A stretch of 64,000 nt of DNA, taken from the NCBI GenBank assembly GCA_002633005.1, contig NMRA01000165.1, positions 677,558 to 741,557 of the forward strand, in the 5' to 3' direction. Positions 1 to 11,497 of this stretch are shown in pieces. A program made the translations under genes and the position numbers. Every line of letters begins with the position of its first letter. The first letter of the stretch is position 1. The DNA is from Phoronis australis (lineage: Eukaryota; Animalia; Phoronida). Under the pieces are notes generated by a model. That model searched no databases. It saw only the letters and a program-made list of their open reading frames with translations, and was not told where the DNA came from.

Positions 1-504
1 TGTAATGTGAGTGTAATATTGTTCAATACAATGGCACTGATGGGACTATATTACTTGTTTTACAAAAAAGTCACCAAAACTGTTGTTTTTACAAATATAA
101 GTTTACTAAGCTCTTTGGTGATTATTAGGTAACTTCAAACTCAAATTTCTCAAAATTGTGCAACTTTATATGTGGGAACTTTTTAGATTTTGAAAACACT
201 CTAATAAATGAATTAAACAACACCAAAATAAAATTGCCCCCCTAAAGTACTCACAAAAAACATTTTCTAGAGGCCCTACAAAATATGGCCCACCGACTAC
301 TTCCTGTGGCAAAGTCACATGAGGTTGCCGACATCTTCAGCGCTGCACCGTTTTCGGCCAACATGCCCAAATCGAAATCCATGCCTGGCAGTTCGGGTGA
401 GACCCTCTCGGAACACGTGGCTCCCAAGGGCTGGTCGGGCTCATATGAGAGTACCAAGGACGTGTTTGGAAGCATGCCATTCCAGCCTGGCCCTGATCCG
501 TTAA

Positions 505-2503
505 GGTAGGTGTATATACACAGGTCAAATCTCCAGGTTCCTATCTAAAATCAGTATAAAGGGGTATTTAACTATTTAGAAATGACTGAAAGTGACAAAA
601 ATCGAAAGAAAAGTTTTTATTGTTGTTCGTTTTTTTTAAAAATCGTATTTTTTATTTTTCAAAAAATCCAATTTTACCTCGAATTGTTTTTCGAAATGCA
701 CAGGGATTATCATCAACTGTTTCCTTACGCAATATTCTACTTATACATACCAAATATATGTACAAAATCATTATGATCTTGAATTTGTGGCTTTTTTGCG
801 TGTGAGTTGTGGCAACCACGCCACTTTCTGTCATTTGGTCACTTTCCGTCTAATATCTAAAAATCTGGTCCATGTATCAAAAAACCCTGGCACGCGATTT
901 TGATTCAGTCCTAGAGGATTTCAAATTTGCAAATTTCGTAAAAATTGACCCTCGTGTTGCGGAAAAATAGGCCTGAGAATATTGTCACTAACGTGAAATC
1001 ACGAGCCGAGAAAAACGGCTTAGAAGTTAAGCGGGCTTCGATTGCTACTTGAGGTCAAAATTCGTTCAGAATTTGCGGTCATTCTGTTCCAATTTTTGTT
1101 GATGTACTAGAAATAAAGCTGATATTTACTTCACGCTTAGAAAATGTGACATACTTGTTTGTTTATAGCGTAATTTTAATCAGTTTTGCAAACTTGTGGA
1201 GCACGACAGACGACCAAAACAAATATGGCTGTCACGTGGGCGGAGCTTAGCGTTGATCTATTGTCTGCTATACTGGTGTGCCGACCAAACATAAAACCAT
1301 GTGTTGATTGTTTATGCGACTCATCTGAACTATTCACTCAGAGTGGTAAAAGACTCTCTAACTGTATTGCATAGACCTATTTGTTAGTATTCCAATATTA
1401 TATGTAGTTACCATCTCTTCATCAACCAATATATGTGTTATATCAAATCGCCGCGTTACTGTCTACATAACAATATTGGCGACGAGGATAAAGAACTACT
1501 TTCAATCATCATAATGGTTCAACATGTTCATGTGCCTGTACCGCCAACATTTTGACCGAATGGACTTTGGGATGAGAAAATAGCACTTTCAGCACAAATA
1601 GCGTCGCTTGGGTGAGATTCTCAAGTTACCAAAGTTTCTTATATTGCTTTCCACTAAAATCGTATAATATCATGAGTTTTAATTCAGGGATACGTTTGAA
1701 TCTATGCACGAGAACAATTTTGTTATGTTGAACACTGCATGGGTCATTTCTCTAACTCTTTGGGTTATGGCCGGCGGCAAGTTAAAAAATCCCCTGAGTT
1801 TGGCAGCCTAGCTTCTCCATGGCGCGTTCCTAGCACAGAACCACGGTTTATCTCCAAAAACTCTAATCTGAGGGTATGTAGTTGTCTCGCGCGCGGTGTG
1901 TCGTCACAGCGCGTGCATGCACTCTCATCGAATCGTGCAACACCACCCACGTCGACGCTCAGCGTCCTCTCGCAAGCCACCTCGCCTTTCCGACTTCTCT
2001 TGCACAGGCACAGTTTCTGCACTGACTCCTCAAGCTGAGTGCAGTGATGGCTTCGGTAGAACTTAGCGTACTCAACTTAATTTTTTTTGCAGATGGACAA
2101 ACAGGCTCAGGTTCGGAACAGGAGCTAGTTCACCATTTCACCGCCAACTTTCACATGGTCAAAAATAGAATTATTTTATTCTTGGCCTTGCTACAACATC
2201 AATATCAGCTGGCGGGTACAGCACTCTCGATTGCCCGGTTACGCAATGTTTGTTGACAGGGTTAGATTAGAGCTAGTGTCCTGGTATAAGCTCCGCCCCA
2301 CTTGTCAGTCACTGAGCTGGTGCCGCACTCAAGCCATATGACTTTCTGAAGTTTGGTCAAATATTATTAAAAAAACAACTTTGGATTTTCAGAATGGTTT
2401 TATTTTTCTTCAGTATACTGTGCATGAAGAATTGAATATTACGATGATATAAAAATGTAAAAAAAAACAGTCAAAATTAATTTTTTTTTGTGTATCCACT
2501 ACC
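505..2503. mobile_element. Non-autonomous Kolobok-like DNA transposon (copy A)
   Basis: TTAA at 501-504 and 2504-2507. Imperfect TIR: ggtaggtgtatatacaca versus reverse-complemented ggtagtggatacaca. No intact ORF inside. Confidence 0.55.
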
Positions 2504-2507
2504 TTAA

Positions 2508-3469
2508 AGTGTACACAACATGACTCTAGTACCTCAAAATAAATTTTATTATTATATCTTACTAGATTTCACTGCCTTTAGTGCACAGCTCATAAAGAAA
2601 CACGCAAAAATTGAAAAAATAATAATTATGTACAACGTCATGGGTTGAACCCAAGTCGTTCGCCATACTGTTCGGATCAGAGACAAAGTGTATAGAGTGA
2701 AGAGAAAACAAAATACATTTAGCGTCGAGAAGGTTCGTAGAGGGATCAAAAGACGTGTTTCCGGAGGCTGCAGCAACAGCAGCCAGGCGGAGAACGTCTC
2801 GGTGTTCCGAAGGACACCAAAGTTGCGCAGAAGTGGCATCGCTTCGTGCGCCGAACGAGAGTGTGGGACGTCATCGTGGACCAAGCGATTCGGTCCGGGG
2901 CCACTCTGTGTTCTGCCCACTTTGAGGACTCGTGTTTCGACTCCAGTCACAAGAGACGTTACGATGAAGGCCTGGTTCAATAAAGGACAATATTTATCAT
3001 TCAGAAACATCAGCTCTTAATTCAGGATCGTCTGTTGGATGACTGGGTTGACTCGGCGAGCCCGAGGCCGCTTCTCTCGCGGGAGGATGCAGTTCGTAAG
3101 GCTCAAAGTAGAAAAGTACGCTGCCGGAAGCACATTAAACTCATTCTCGCTTTCGTGCAACCCCATTTCCTCATCCTGGCCACCATTCCCGTACTTTTCT
3201 TCATAGTATTCGTTAAATTTTTGCTCATAATCGTAGTCGCTTTCAAATTCCCTGCTTTCCGCCATTGTTCAATGCTAGTCACTGATCTCTTGTGTTCAAC
3301 CCATGATGTCACATGGCGGGAAATGTGAAAATTGGCAAAATTGAACGAAAAATCAAAATTTTGAGCTAATTGCACAAAATAAGCATGGGTTTAGCTAAAT
3401 TTAACGTCATTCATTTAGTCTGTGGCCACCAGTAATTCAAAATGTGCAAAAATCCATGGTGTGTACTCT
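2508..3469 (+). mobile_element. Kolobok-like DNA transposon derivative (copy B) with frameshifted THAP-domain remnant
   Basis: TTAA at 2504-2507 and 3470-3473. 15-bp TIR agtgtacacaacatg / agagtacacaccatg (13/15). The + strand at ~2745-2990 reads GGCSNS...KWHRFVRRTR...LCSAHFEDSCF across a frameshift (THAP C2CH signature). A convergent acidic ORF lies at 3017-3265 on the - strand. Confidence 0.75.
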
Positions 3470-4583
3470 TTAAGGACCAATCCAGCTAGAGGGCCTTCGA
3501 CAGTGCAACACGATGCAGCTCCTGTCCTTCACCAACGGCAATTTTATCCGCCTGCATTCGAAGGCGTTGCCCAGCAGCCATCACAATCAGCTCCCTCCGT
3601 CTGGGATTCAGCGATGCCCAACAGAACACAGTTGTACCATCAACCAACCAAACGAACAATCAGTTTCCTCAGAAGTCTGCGTCAACTGTGCCACAGAAGC
3701 TCGAGTCACATGCCACAATTCTTCAAAATGCAGTCCTTGTGGCTCAAGCAGTGAGCAAGCCAAGCCTTCAAACTGATGTGAGTGCTATGGGACACATTCA
3801 GAAAAGGCAGGATCTCTTTGTGAGTTTTCCCTTTGGCAGTATACCCAGTGGACCCGCTGACGACGGCTTCAATCCCAGAGATGTGGAACAGGAAAATCAA
3901 CCCACGAGTCATGATTCTCTAAGACAAAGGGAGATTTATTGGAAACGTGAGTGCAACAAACCACAGCAGTACAACGATATGTCTGCCAGCGTGGGGATCA
4001 TTCAGGACGACAACGAGATTGAATTCATCTCGCAGACCGGTTCGCTGAAGAAGAAAAATCGTGGTCGCAAGACTTCACGAAGTCCGAGGAGTCCTTAAAA
4101 CGTGACTCACCACGGCAACTTGAGCTTCGAAGACCCAGATGCATTCGGAAATGACTCCGGCGAGCGTCAAATACCAATTACAGAAATTCAGATGCAACAA
4201 GCATTCAGGCCTGGACGACATAGAGCATTTGAAGGATGATGTTGCGGTTAAACGGCATACGCGAAATACTTCCTATCAGGAAGAGATAACCAGGAAGGGA
4301 CAACTGTTTTAGCGCATTTTAACGTGTTTTCAAAAGTGATTTCAAAAGTAAATGTTACAGTCGTCTGGAATCCAAGCATTGTGTTTGAAAGCTTAACTCT
4401 TTAGCTATAAAATGACACCACTTTGGTCCCTAAAGACTGCATATTAATGGCACTGGGATGCTTTGAACATGACTTCTTTTACCCTTCCAAAAGATGCCTC
4501 TTCCCAGGCATGTACTCGGGCATGATCCTCCTTTTTGAAGCAACAGATGTCACTAATATATGCAAATGAGGCTCGAATCTCCT

Positions 4584-4626
4584 ACGTCATATGACGTCAT
4601 AAGACGTCATAAGACGTCATACGACG
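4584..4626. repeat. 10-bp tandem repeat (GACGTCATAA-like) x ~4
   Basis: tacgtcatat gacgtcataa gacgtcataa gacgtcatac gacg seen directly. Confidence 0.8.
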
Positions 4627-5889
4627 CGAACTTCCAATTTGAACCCTCAGGTGTCTGTAGTGAATGACTTGAAACGCAGTTCTACCTGATTGGGCAGATC
4701 TAAGAAAATTTTAATTTTCTTAAAAGAACTCACACAAGTCAATGTTCAAAGAACATTGAGTGGTTTCACACGGAAAATACATTTAATTGTATTTGGATAC
4801 GCTTGCTTTTGTGTAAGCGTGGACTTTGTCATTTTGCTTAAATCCAGATTTAGAAGCAGGTGTTAGTCAAGAAATTAGCTGCTCCCGCCACGGTGGCCGG
4901 TGTCGTGGCGTCCGAGTCGCCGGGAAGTCTGATCCATGCATGCGCAATTCGACGAACTAATGCTAGCCGCTGGTCAGCTCCGCTATGATTCATTTGAGAC
5001 GTGCGGCTTAACTCGAGCATACCCGTGTTCTGGCTCCAAGGTCGTTTTATTTGACCCAGTTTCGGGAAAAGTTCATTTTAATATGGCCATTTCCTGAAGA
5101 TTTTTTGAAAGATATGATCCCGACTCGGAAATCCTTGGCCTATAGAGCTGTATCAAAATTCCTTGTTGAAACACGGCCACTGGTCCAGCTTCTGCCGGGC
5201 GGCTGGGGAAAATGCTATGGAACGCGTGTCCCAAAAATGCACGAACTTCAACCCCTGCAGTTCAAGTTCTTTTCCCGTCAATCACTGTGCGCGGATTCTA
5301 CGCAGGCAGCCTACTGCATGACTACACCTTATTTTTAACGTGGTGCGTTACTGAGTCACGACGTGTCCAGCCTTTGCAGTATGCACGGGAATGTCAAGCA
5401 AACGATTCTGTTTTGAAGAACCTAAATTCATTGCACAATACTACTGGGAACTACAAGCATCAAGGAAATGCAAAGAGACTTTCCAAATTTATGAGCAATG
5501 ACTTGAACTTCTTTTTCGATCCGATCTACGGTTTGTAAATTTTTGAATTTCTTTAGTCTAGTTTCTAATTCAATACATTCATGAATATCACTGTTATCGT
5601 TTAGTGTCCTTCTTTGCGATATGGTGGTCTGATGATGTATCGAATTTTTGCAAGTCAGTCTTCAGCCTTCAACTAAGTTCAGTGACGCATCGCCATTTCT
5701 TACAAGACAGCTTCTGTGCTGTGCACGAATGTTTTGTGTTTTTGATGAATTTGGAATCTCAACTTCCCCTCGTGAGTAGTTGGCAGTGTCATGTCGGAGG
5801 TGTATAGAGGGCGCAGCACTGACAAAAGTGGGGGCTTAAGCCCCCTCAGCATCCCGGCTATGGACCACTGAAAACTTGGACTGAATTAA

Positions 5890-7130
5890 AGGAGAATGCC
5901 ACCCGATTTAATTAGTCTTTTTTGCCTTATTAATCGGTCTATATCCACATCGCCTCGCACACGTTCGACCTTACCTTGCCAAGAAGTGTCGCGTTCACCT
6001 GTGAGGAAGGTGAGAAACGACGCTAGCGAAGTCAGTGGTTCATCTGCAGAGTGAACGCCGCTATGTTGCGGTGCATCGTTCCCGCTTGTGCGAACTATGC
6101 AGCTTCGAGGAAAGCGGGTATATCGTTTTTTCGACTTCTTCGAGAGTCCGAAATGTTTAGGAAGTAGATCGCGGTAGTGAAGAATGAAAAGTACGCTGTA
6201 AATAGCAAGTTGGAGGCCGTGGAACATCTCCTTGTCTGTGGCCTGCAGTCGTCGACAGCCGCGTGAGTGCCTGACGAATGCCAGCTTGCCAAATAACTAT
6301 CCCTACGTTCCGTTGTCTGAGCTTGTTCACGGCGCCTCTTTAGTATTTCTTCATCACTGTATTCCTGTTCGAACTGATAGCCTGTGAAACCTAACGATCC
6401 ACCTGCGAAGTCTTCGTCGGGTCTGATGAGCTCTCGTCTAAGTCGCGGGGGATTGCGAGTTGCCATGTTGACGTTTATTACTGAGCGTTCTGTTTCAAAA
6501 TGAATTATTCTCACCCTAACCAATACTTATATAAAACTGAAACAATGTCTGTCTCATTAGATGCAATTTGTAATGCCCTTGGAGTGTTCCTGAGTGCAAA
6601 TGATTTGAGAAGTCAGCAATGAATAAATCACTGCGTTACCGGGTTTAGGTGCAATAAAACTAATTGACGGGACACCGAGGCCGTGTGAGCTCATGCTAAT
6701 TTAGTGTTTGATGGCAGAAACTGTTGTGAAACAACTCGATTTCCATCCTACGACCAGATGTTAGGGGAATCTTTATTTATATTTACATTATTCAAATAAT
6801 GATTATCAATGTACAACTTCTGCCCTCTGACCATGTGCGCACCCATGGGGAATCGGGGGCTCGAACGAGGCAAAGTGACGAAGTGGGCAAAAAGGTCCGC
6901 CTCTGGGAAACAAAAAGTACGAGAAAATTCAAGCGATAAGCTGACACCAGTAACCCATGTTGTGAACTGTTTAACAGACTGCGTGTGAAACCAAACACGT
7001 CATTGGATAATTTCAACACCTCAGTCTGCCGTCAGGTGTCAGGTAACGCAACCGTACGTGCCGTTATGGAGTAGAACTACTCGATCTAAATTGATACAAA
7101 TTAGGTTGTTTTTTTGGGTGGCATGCTCCT
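5890..7130 (+). mobile_element. Kolobok-like DNA transposon derivative (copy C) with degenerate THAP and antisense accessory-ORF remnant
   Basis: TTAA at 5886-5889 and 7131-7134. 15-bp TIR aggagaatgccaccc / aggagcatgccaccc (14/15). The + strand from 6063 reads MLRCIVPACAN...ISFFRL...RK*IAVV...LLVCGLQ (decayed THAP). The - strand ORF 6095-6523 contains GYQFEQEYSDEE. Confidence 0.75.
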
Positions 7131-8239
7131 TTAATACGCTCCGCAAAATTTTTGCTTTACAAATTTTCTCGAATTTTCGAAATACATGCATGAATGATTA
7201 AGTGCACATTTTCAAGAGCGCTTAGATGACCTATGCTGCAAAAACGGAGACTCTAACAACAATTGTCCTGGTCAGGGCCCTCAAATGGTGAACCATACAC
7301 TGATGCCGAGTTGTCAAAGTTATCTTGAGTTTTCTCTCTGATCAGTATTCGAAGTCTTTCTTTTTTGTCTTTCCCCAGCCGCACACCTTTGTCGGTTGCC
7401 ATGGTTTAACCCTGAGGCATGCAATTTTTCGGGGTGGCACTCGCCCTCCCCCCGCTAAGCTTACTAAGGTCCTGATGCAAGGAGTCCGTCTTTGGTCCAA
7501 GGTCAATGTTGTGTTTCAACACGCACTCGTTGTATAGCTTGAGCATTAAATTAAAGGTTTAAGAAATACAGGAGCAGTTTTGCGCATTTAATTGTGCGTG
7601 TAAAAGGGTTTATGGATTCGTACTGAATTTGTTGCTGTAACTTGTCTCATGGGCCTGTACCCGGCACGTGACCACAAATGTGGACACTAATTCGGCTATT
7701 GCGCAAGTCGACTGTAGCAAGGTGGCCAGTGAAAATGTAAGGCAGCATCACGCCAGTGGGCGTGTGTGACAACTCGGATTTCTAGTCTCTTATTATGAAA
7801 ACCATTGAAGCACCTGCCAACAAGAATTTTGATGTATGGAGAATTTCAACAGGAGTTAGCTGTAGACTTAGTCGTGAAGCTGCAGACATTCCAGCCACGG
7901 TTACTGCCGGTCCTTCGAAGCAATTATAGCACCTATATACGAATTTTTAAGAATGGCAACGGTGCGTTAATGTCCATGGCGTCGAGGAATCTGAGGCATT
8001 TAATGATGAACAATTGTTATGGCTTAATTTGGAAAAACACTTAGCAAAACTAACTTCCAGGTATGCATACTGTGGCGGAATTAAGAAATACGATTATGAC
8101 AGTGCTAATTGTAGCAGAGCCACAAAGTGTGCTAAAATGGTAGAAAATAAGGCATAACATTTCTGAAGCAGATAAAAGGTTGATTGGCACAGGAGATGGC
8201 CGATGTCTTCAATGCTCAGAAAATTTTCGGCAGGCAAGA

Positions 8240-8670
8240 GACTTGCCAAGAAAATGGCACAGTTGAGTGAGGGCATTCTAAAGGAAAGAACTGCAGCCAA
8301 TTCCAGATATTCGGTGCAACTTCTCTCACCCGACGGCGTTGTTTCACGATACCGCAACCTCAAACAACGTCAAAGAAACGAAACGCGGAGGGTGAGATAT
8401 TACAGAGTATTAAGTACTAGTCCACGAGAGCACCAACCATGAGTGGCAAGGTGGGGGTCAGCCGATTTTCACCAAATTTGGCACATATGTAGTCCTATNG
8501 ACTTGCCAAGAAAATGGCACAGTTGAGTGAGGGCATTCTAAAGGAAAGAACTGCAGCCAATTCCAGATATTCGGTGCAACTTCTCTCACCCGACGGCGTT
8601 GTTTCACGATACCGCAACCTCAAACAACGTCAAAGAAACGAAACGCGGAGGGTGAGATATTACAGAGTAT
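8240..8670. repeat. ~170-bp direct duplication across the N at 8499 (probable assembly overlap or haplotype join)
   Basis: 8240-8411 is repeated essentially identically at 8500-8671, immediately after an N. Confidence 0.75.
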
Positions 8671-8701
8671 TTTAATACTCTGTAATATCTCACCCTCCGC
8701 G
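8644..8701. repeat. Perfect palindrome, 28-bp arms
   Basis: cgcggagggtgagatattacagagtatt-tt-aatactctgtaatatctcaccctccgcg. Confidence 0.85.
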
Positions 8702-11133
8702 TTATTAAAATATTTATTCTTGGATACAGGTGTCCACCTCAAAATGAATTTCCCACGGTCATTCTTTATGACGATAGCAATGTTTTCGTCAACTGAAGAA
8801 CAGGTACCATAGACATCCCGCGCGCTCCGTCTACGGTTCTGACACTTCAAACTTTTGTCAACATGATAGGTAGCCGCAGAAAGTTCGATGTTGACCTCAT
8901 TCTAATCTTCTCTGCAATCCACAGTCTGGGGACGAAAACAATTCAATCCGCTCCTCGAAAAAGGGCTTGCTTAGCTGAAATTCAGACTTGCGGTCATGAG
9001 AGTGTTTTCACCTCCTGATTGCGAAGCGATCGAGTTAGCTGTGGTATCTTCATCAGCGCGTGCTCTCAGCGGGAGGTCAACGCTTTATCCACTCAAGCGC
9101 TCGACAACAACTAAACTGACGAGAGTCTCAGAACTCCCACATGCAAATTTATATGCAAATGAGGGAGTACTTGACTACTGCGCTATCTATACATCGACGG
9201 AAAAGCTTAAATACCCGTGACTGCGTGTGGGAAGTTGCGATTGCGTGCGCTGAAGTGGTTTTTTTCCACGTACAATTACACCACTGTTTAAAGTTGCAAA
9301 GTGAGTTTTTTATATCCTTCTATAGAAAAAGCTTTAATCTCTCTGATAAAATCACCTGTTTCCTTTTAAACGAAACTTATGTCATGAAATTAGTCCGGGG
9401 AACGAGGCCAAAAACGGCGGTTTAGCTGGTTGTCCGTTCCTGGTTATCTCTTCCTGTTGCTATGGACAAGCCACTGTCATAGGCGACATGATGAGTATTC
9501 CCTCATCTGGAGCCGACTTACGAACGATAGATGAAAACAAGAAGAAGAGGCCGCCACTAGCAGTCGATAGCCAACAATATAATGTCAGAAAGCCTGTTGC
9601 CAAGTAGAGTGGGTTTTTGTGCCCTTCCTAGTACTAAAGCTGCGCTGATCAATTTTGTGAATGATTTTATAGTTGAATCAGGTTGGTCCTAAGATTTGTT
9701 GTGCTAATTTTGTGTGCATTGATTGAAATCCTTTTTGATATCTGCTGTCAATGCAAATTGGGCAAAACTTAAAGAGTTGGTTCAACCCAACATTTGATGA
9801 ACCTGTGACTTAAGGAATTGGCTGTTTCCGTGGGTGTTTAGACAATGAATGTAGATGATGAATTCGAAGGTATTTCAACTGCTTCTTATATGAGTTGGAT
9901 TCTTTTGATTGTTTTACACCTACGATCATTGTAGTCAGTACTCTGAAAGTACCATAAGGGAGAAAAGTATGGAAACAACAACCAATATAGATGGAACTCA
10001 TTGTTTTATAACACTTTGTCAGTGGAATTTGAGGGTGCTGTGGGATTTTGTGATCGTTCAATTAGACAGCAGATTTGGTTAATTCCTGGTGTTACAGTCA
10101 TGATTCTGTACAGACTAAAAGTTTCTCGAATTCTTTGTTTTTGTTTTGACAAAGGGAAGTGAGTGGCCATTGAGATGGTGGACTGTCCGTGATGCCAGAC
10201 TGTCTTTGTCTTGGTGACTTTGTCCCAAACGTGTTCAGCGAGGTTTTTGTTCCTCATTTTTTATGTACTCCAGGTTTCTACCTTATCCAAGATTGCTTCT
10301 TTGAAAATGTTGACTTGATATTTTTTGGAACTCTTTTTTGACGGTGGTGGCAGGAAAAGTTGATTGCATTTATGTGTCCTCGACTGTGAGCTCGCCCAAG
10401 AAGTGTTTCACTCTATGTGAGGCAGTCTTATCCGCGTTTATAGGCCGCCCGGTCTTACGGGTCTCAGTATAGCCTCACCGCGATGCGACATTGAGAAGCA
10501 AATGTTACCTCATCTGAATTATTGAATAGTCCAGTGGGGTTTCAGATTATGGACATTTGAGTTGCCGACTCATTCGAAAATAATTCATGATCAAGTGAGC
10601 GTAGTAATGTTTTTCAACCCTAAAACAAATGTTAGGAATTGAAAATTGATTGTTAAACTGCAACGAATTGCCCCTTGAAAATTACTTTATGAATATATCT
10701 CTAAACTGGAACTAGATGCCAAGTATTTGGGGGTATCCTGGCTGGTTTAAGTGCCGTGCCCGTCTGGACATAGTTTTGTTCTGAATAAGTTACTTAATAG
10801 GCGTACCATCTTCTGTGTCAAAATTTTGTATTTATTTATGTTGATTGTATATGATTGACGATGTAGATTGGTTGTGTAGAGAGTGTATATACATGTGATA
10901 TCACACACACTGAATAAAGTGCAATGCTCAGTTGAGAAGTTGTCCTCACTTTGTTGGGCAGCTCCTGTTTTCCAATATAGCATAGGGCGTCCAAACGCAC
11001 TAAAAGTGTACTTAATGTTTTTTGAAAAAAATGAGGAAATTTGTAAAGCGCAGCTTTTGCCGATCGTATTATTTCACGGTATTTTTATATCCATAATTAG
11101 ACAGTTTTGCGAATGCAAAACTATATTTTTCTA

Positions 11134-11497
11134 GTGCCCGGTTGCATGAAATAGTCCCTAATAGGGACTCAAATGAGTTCCCTAAATTCACAGTATATTT
11201 GTGTACTTGTGAAAAACCTATTGTCCTTTCTTATGCTGTTTTAGTTTCATTGCTAAGTCAATTTTTGGTTTTGATACAAATCAAGAATGAATTTACATTG
11301 AATTCTCAATAAGTCCCTATATATTTTCACTGAATTCAGGGCTGACTTTTAGTTGTGTTTTTAGAAAATTTCATTAGTCAAAGAGGTGCTCATAATAATA
11401 ATGAAATGATGCATCTGTGAATAAAGACACAAATCGGTGAAATATTTTGGGGACTTAGTTGAGTCCCTATTTGGGACTGTTTCATGCAACCCGACTC
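11134..11497. mobile_element. MITE with ~45-bp terminal inverted repeats
   Basis: ggttgcatgaaatagtccctaatagggactcaa ... ttgagtccctatttgggactgtttcatgcaacc. Confidence 0.75.

Larger units (their letters stand above)
271..3750 (+). other. Putative coding exon of an unidentified gene, split by two TTAA-inserted transposons (parts 271-505 and 3475-~3750)
   Basis: Acceptor ttttctag|270 precedes an open frame (ORF 285-509). Removing the insert joins it in frame to ORF 3422-3754 (...PGPDPLR-TNPARGPST...). A possible donor gtgagc lies at 3751, just before the stop. The product is P/Q/S-rich with no family I recognise. Confidence 0.35.
4277..9456. mobile_element. Possible old DNA transposon delimited by inverted termini
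   Basis: caggaagagataaccaggaagggacaac at 4277 matches the reverse complement of 9429-9456 (caggaagagataaccaggaacggacaac). Weaker similarity continues inward. No clear TSD. Confidence 0.4.

Noticed and set aside
9780-10260. Possible Penelope/GIY-YIG endonuclease traces (LAEHVWD, IIYIHC, ETANSLSHRF) on the - strand
   Set aside because: Too decayed and out of the expected order to support by eye. A profile search is needed.
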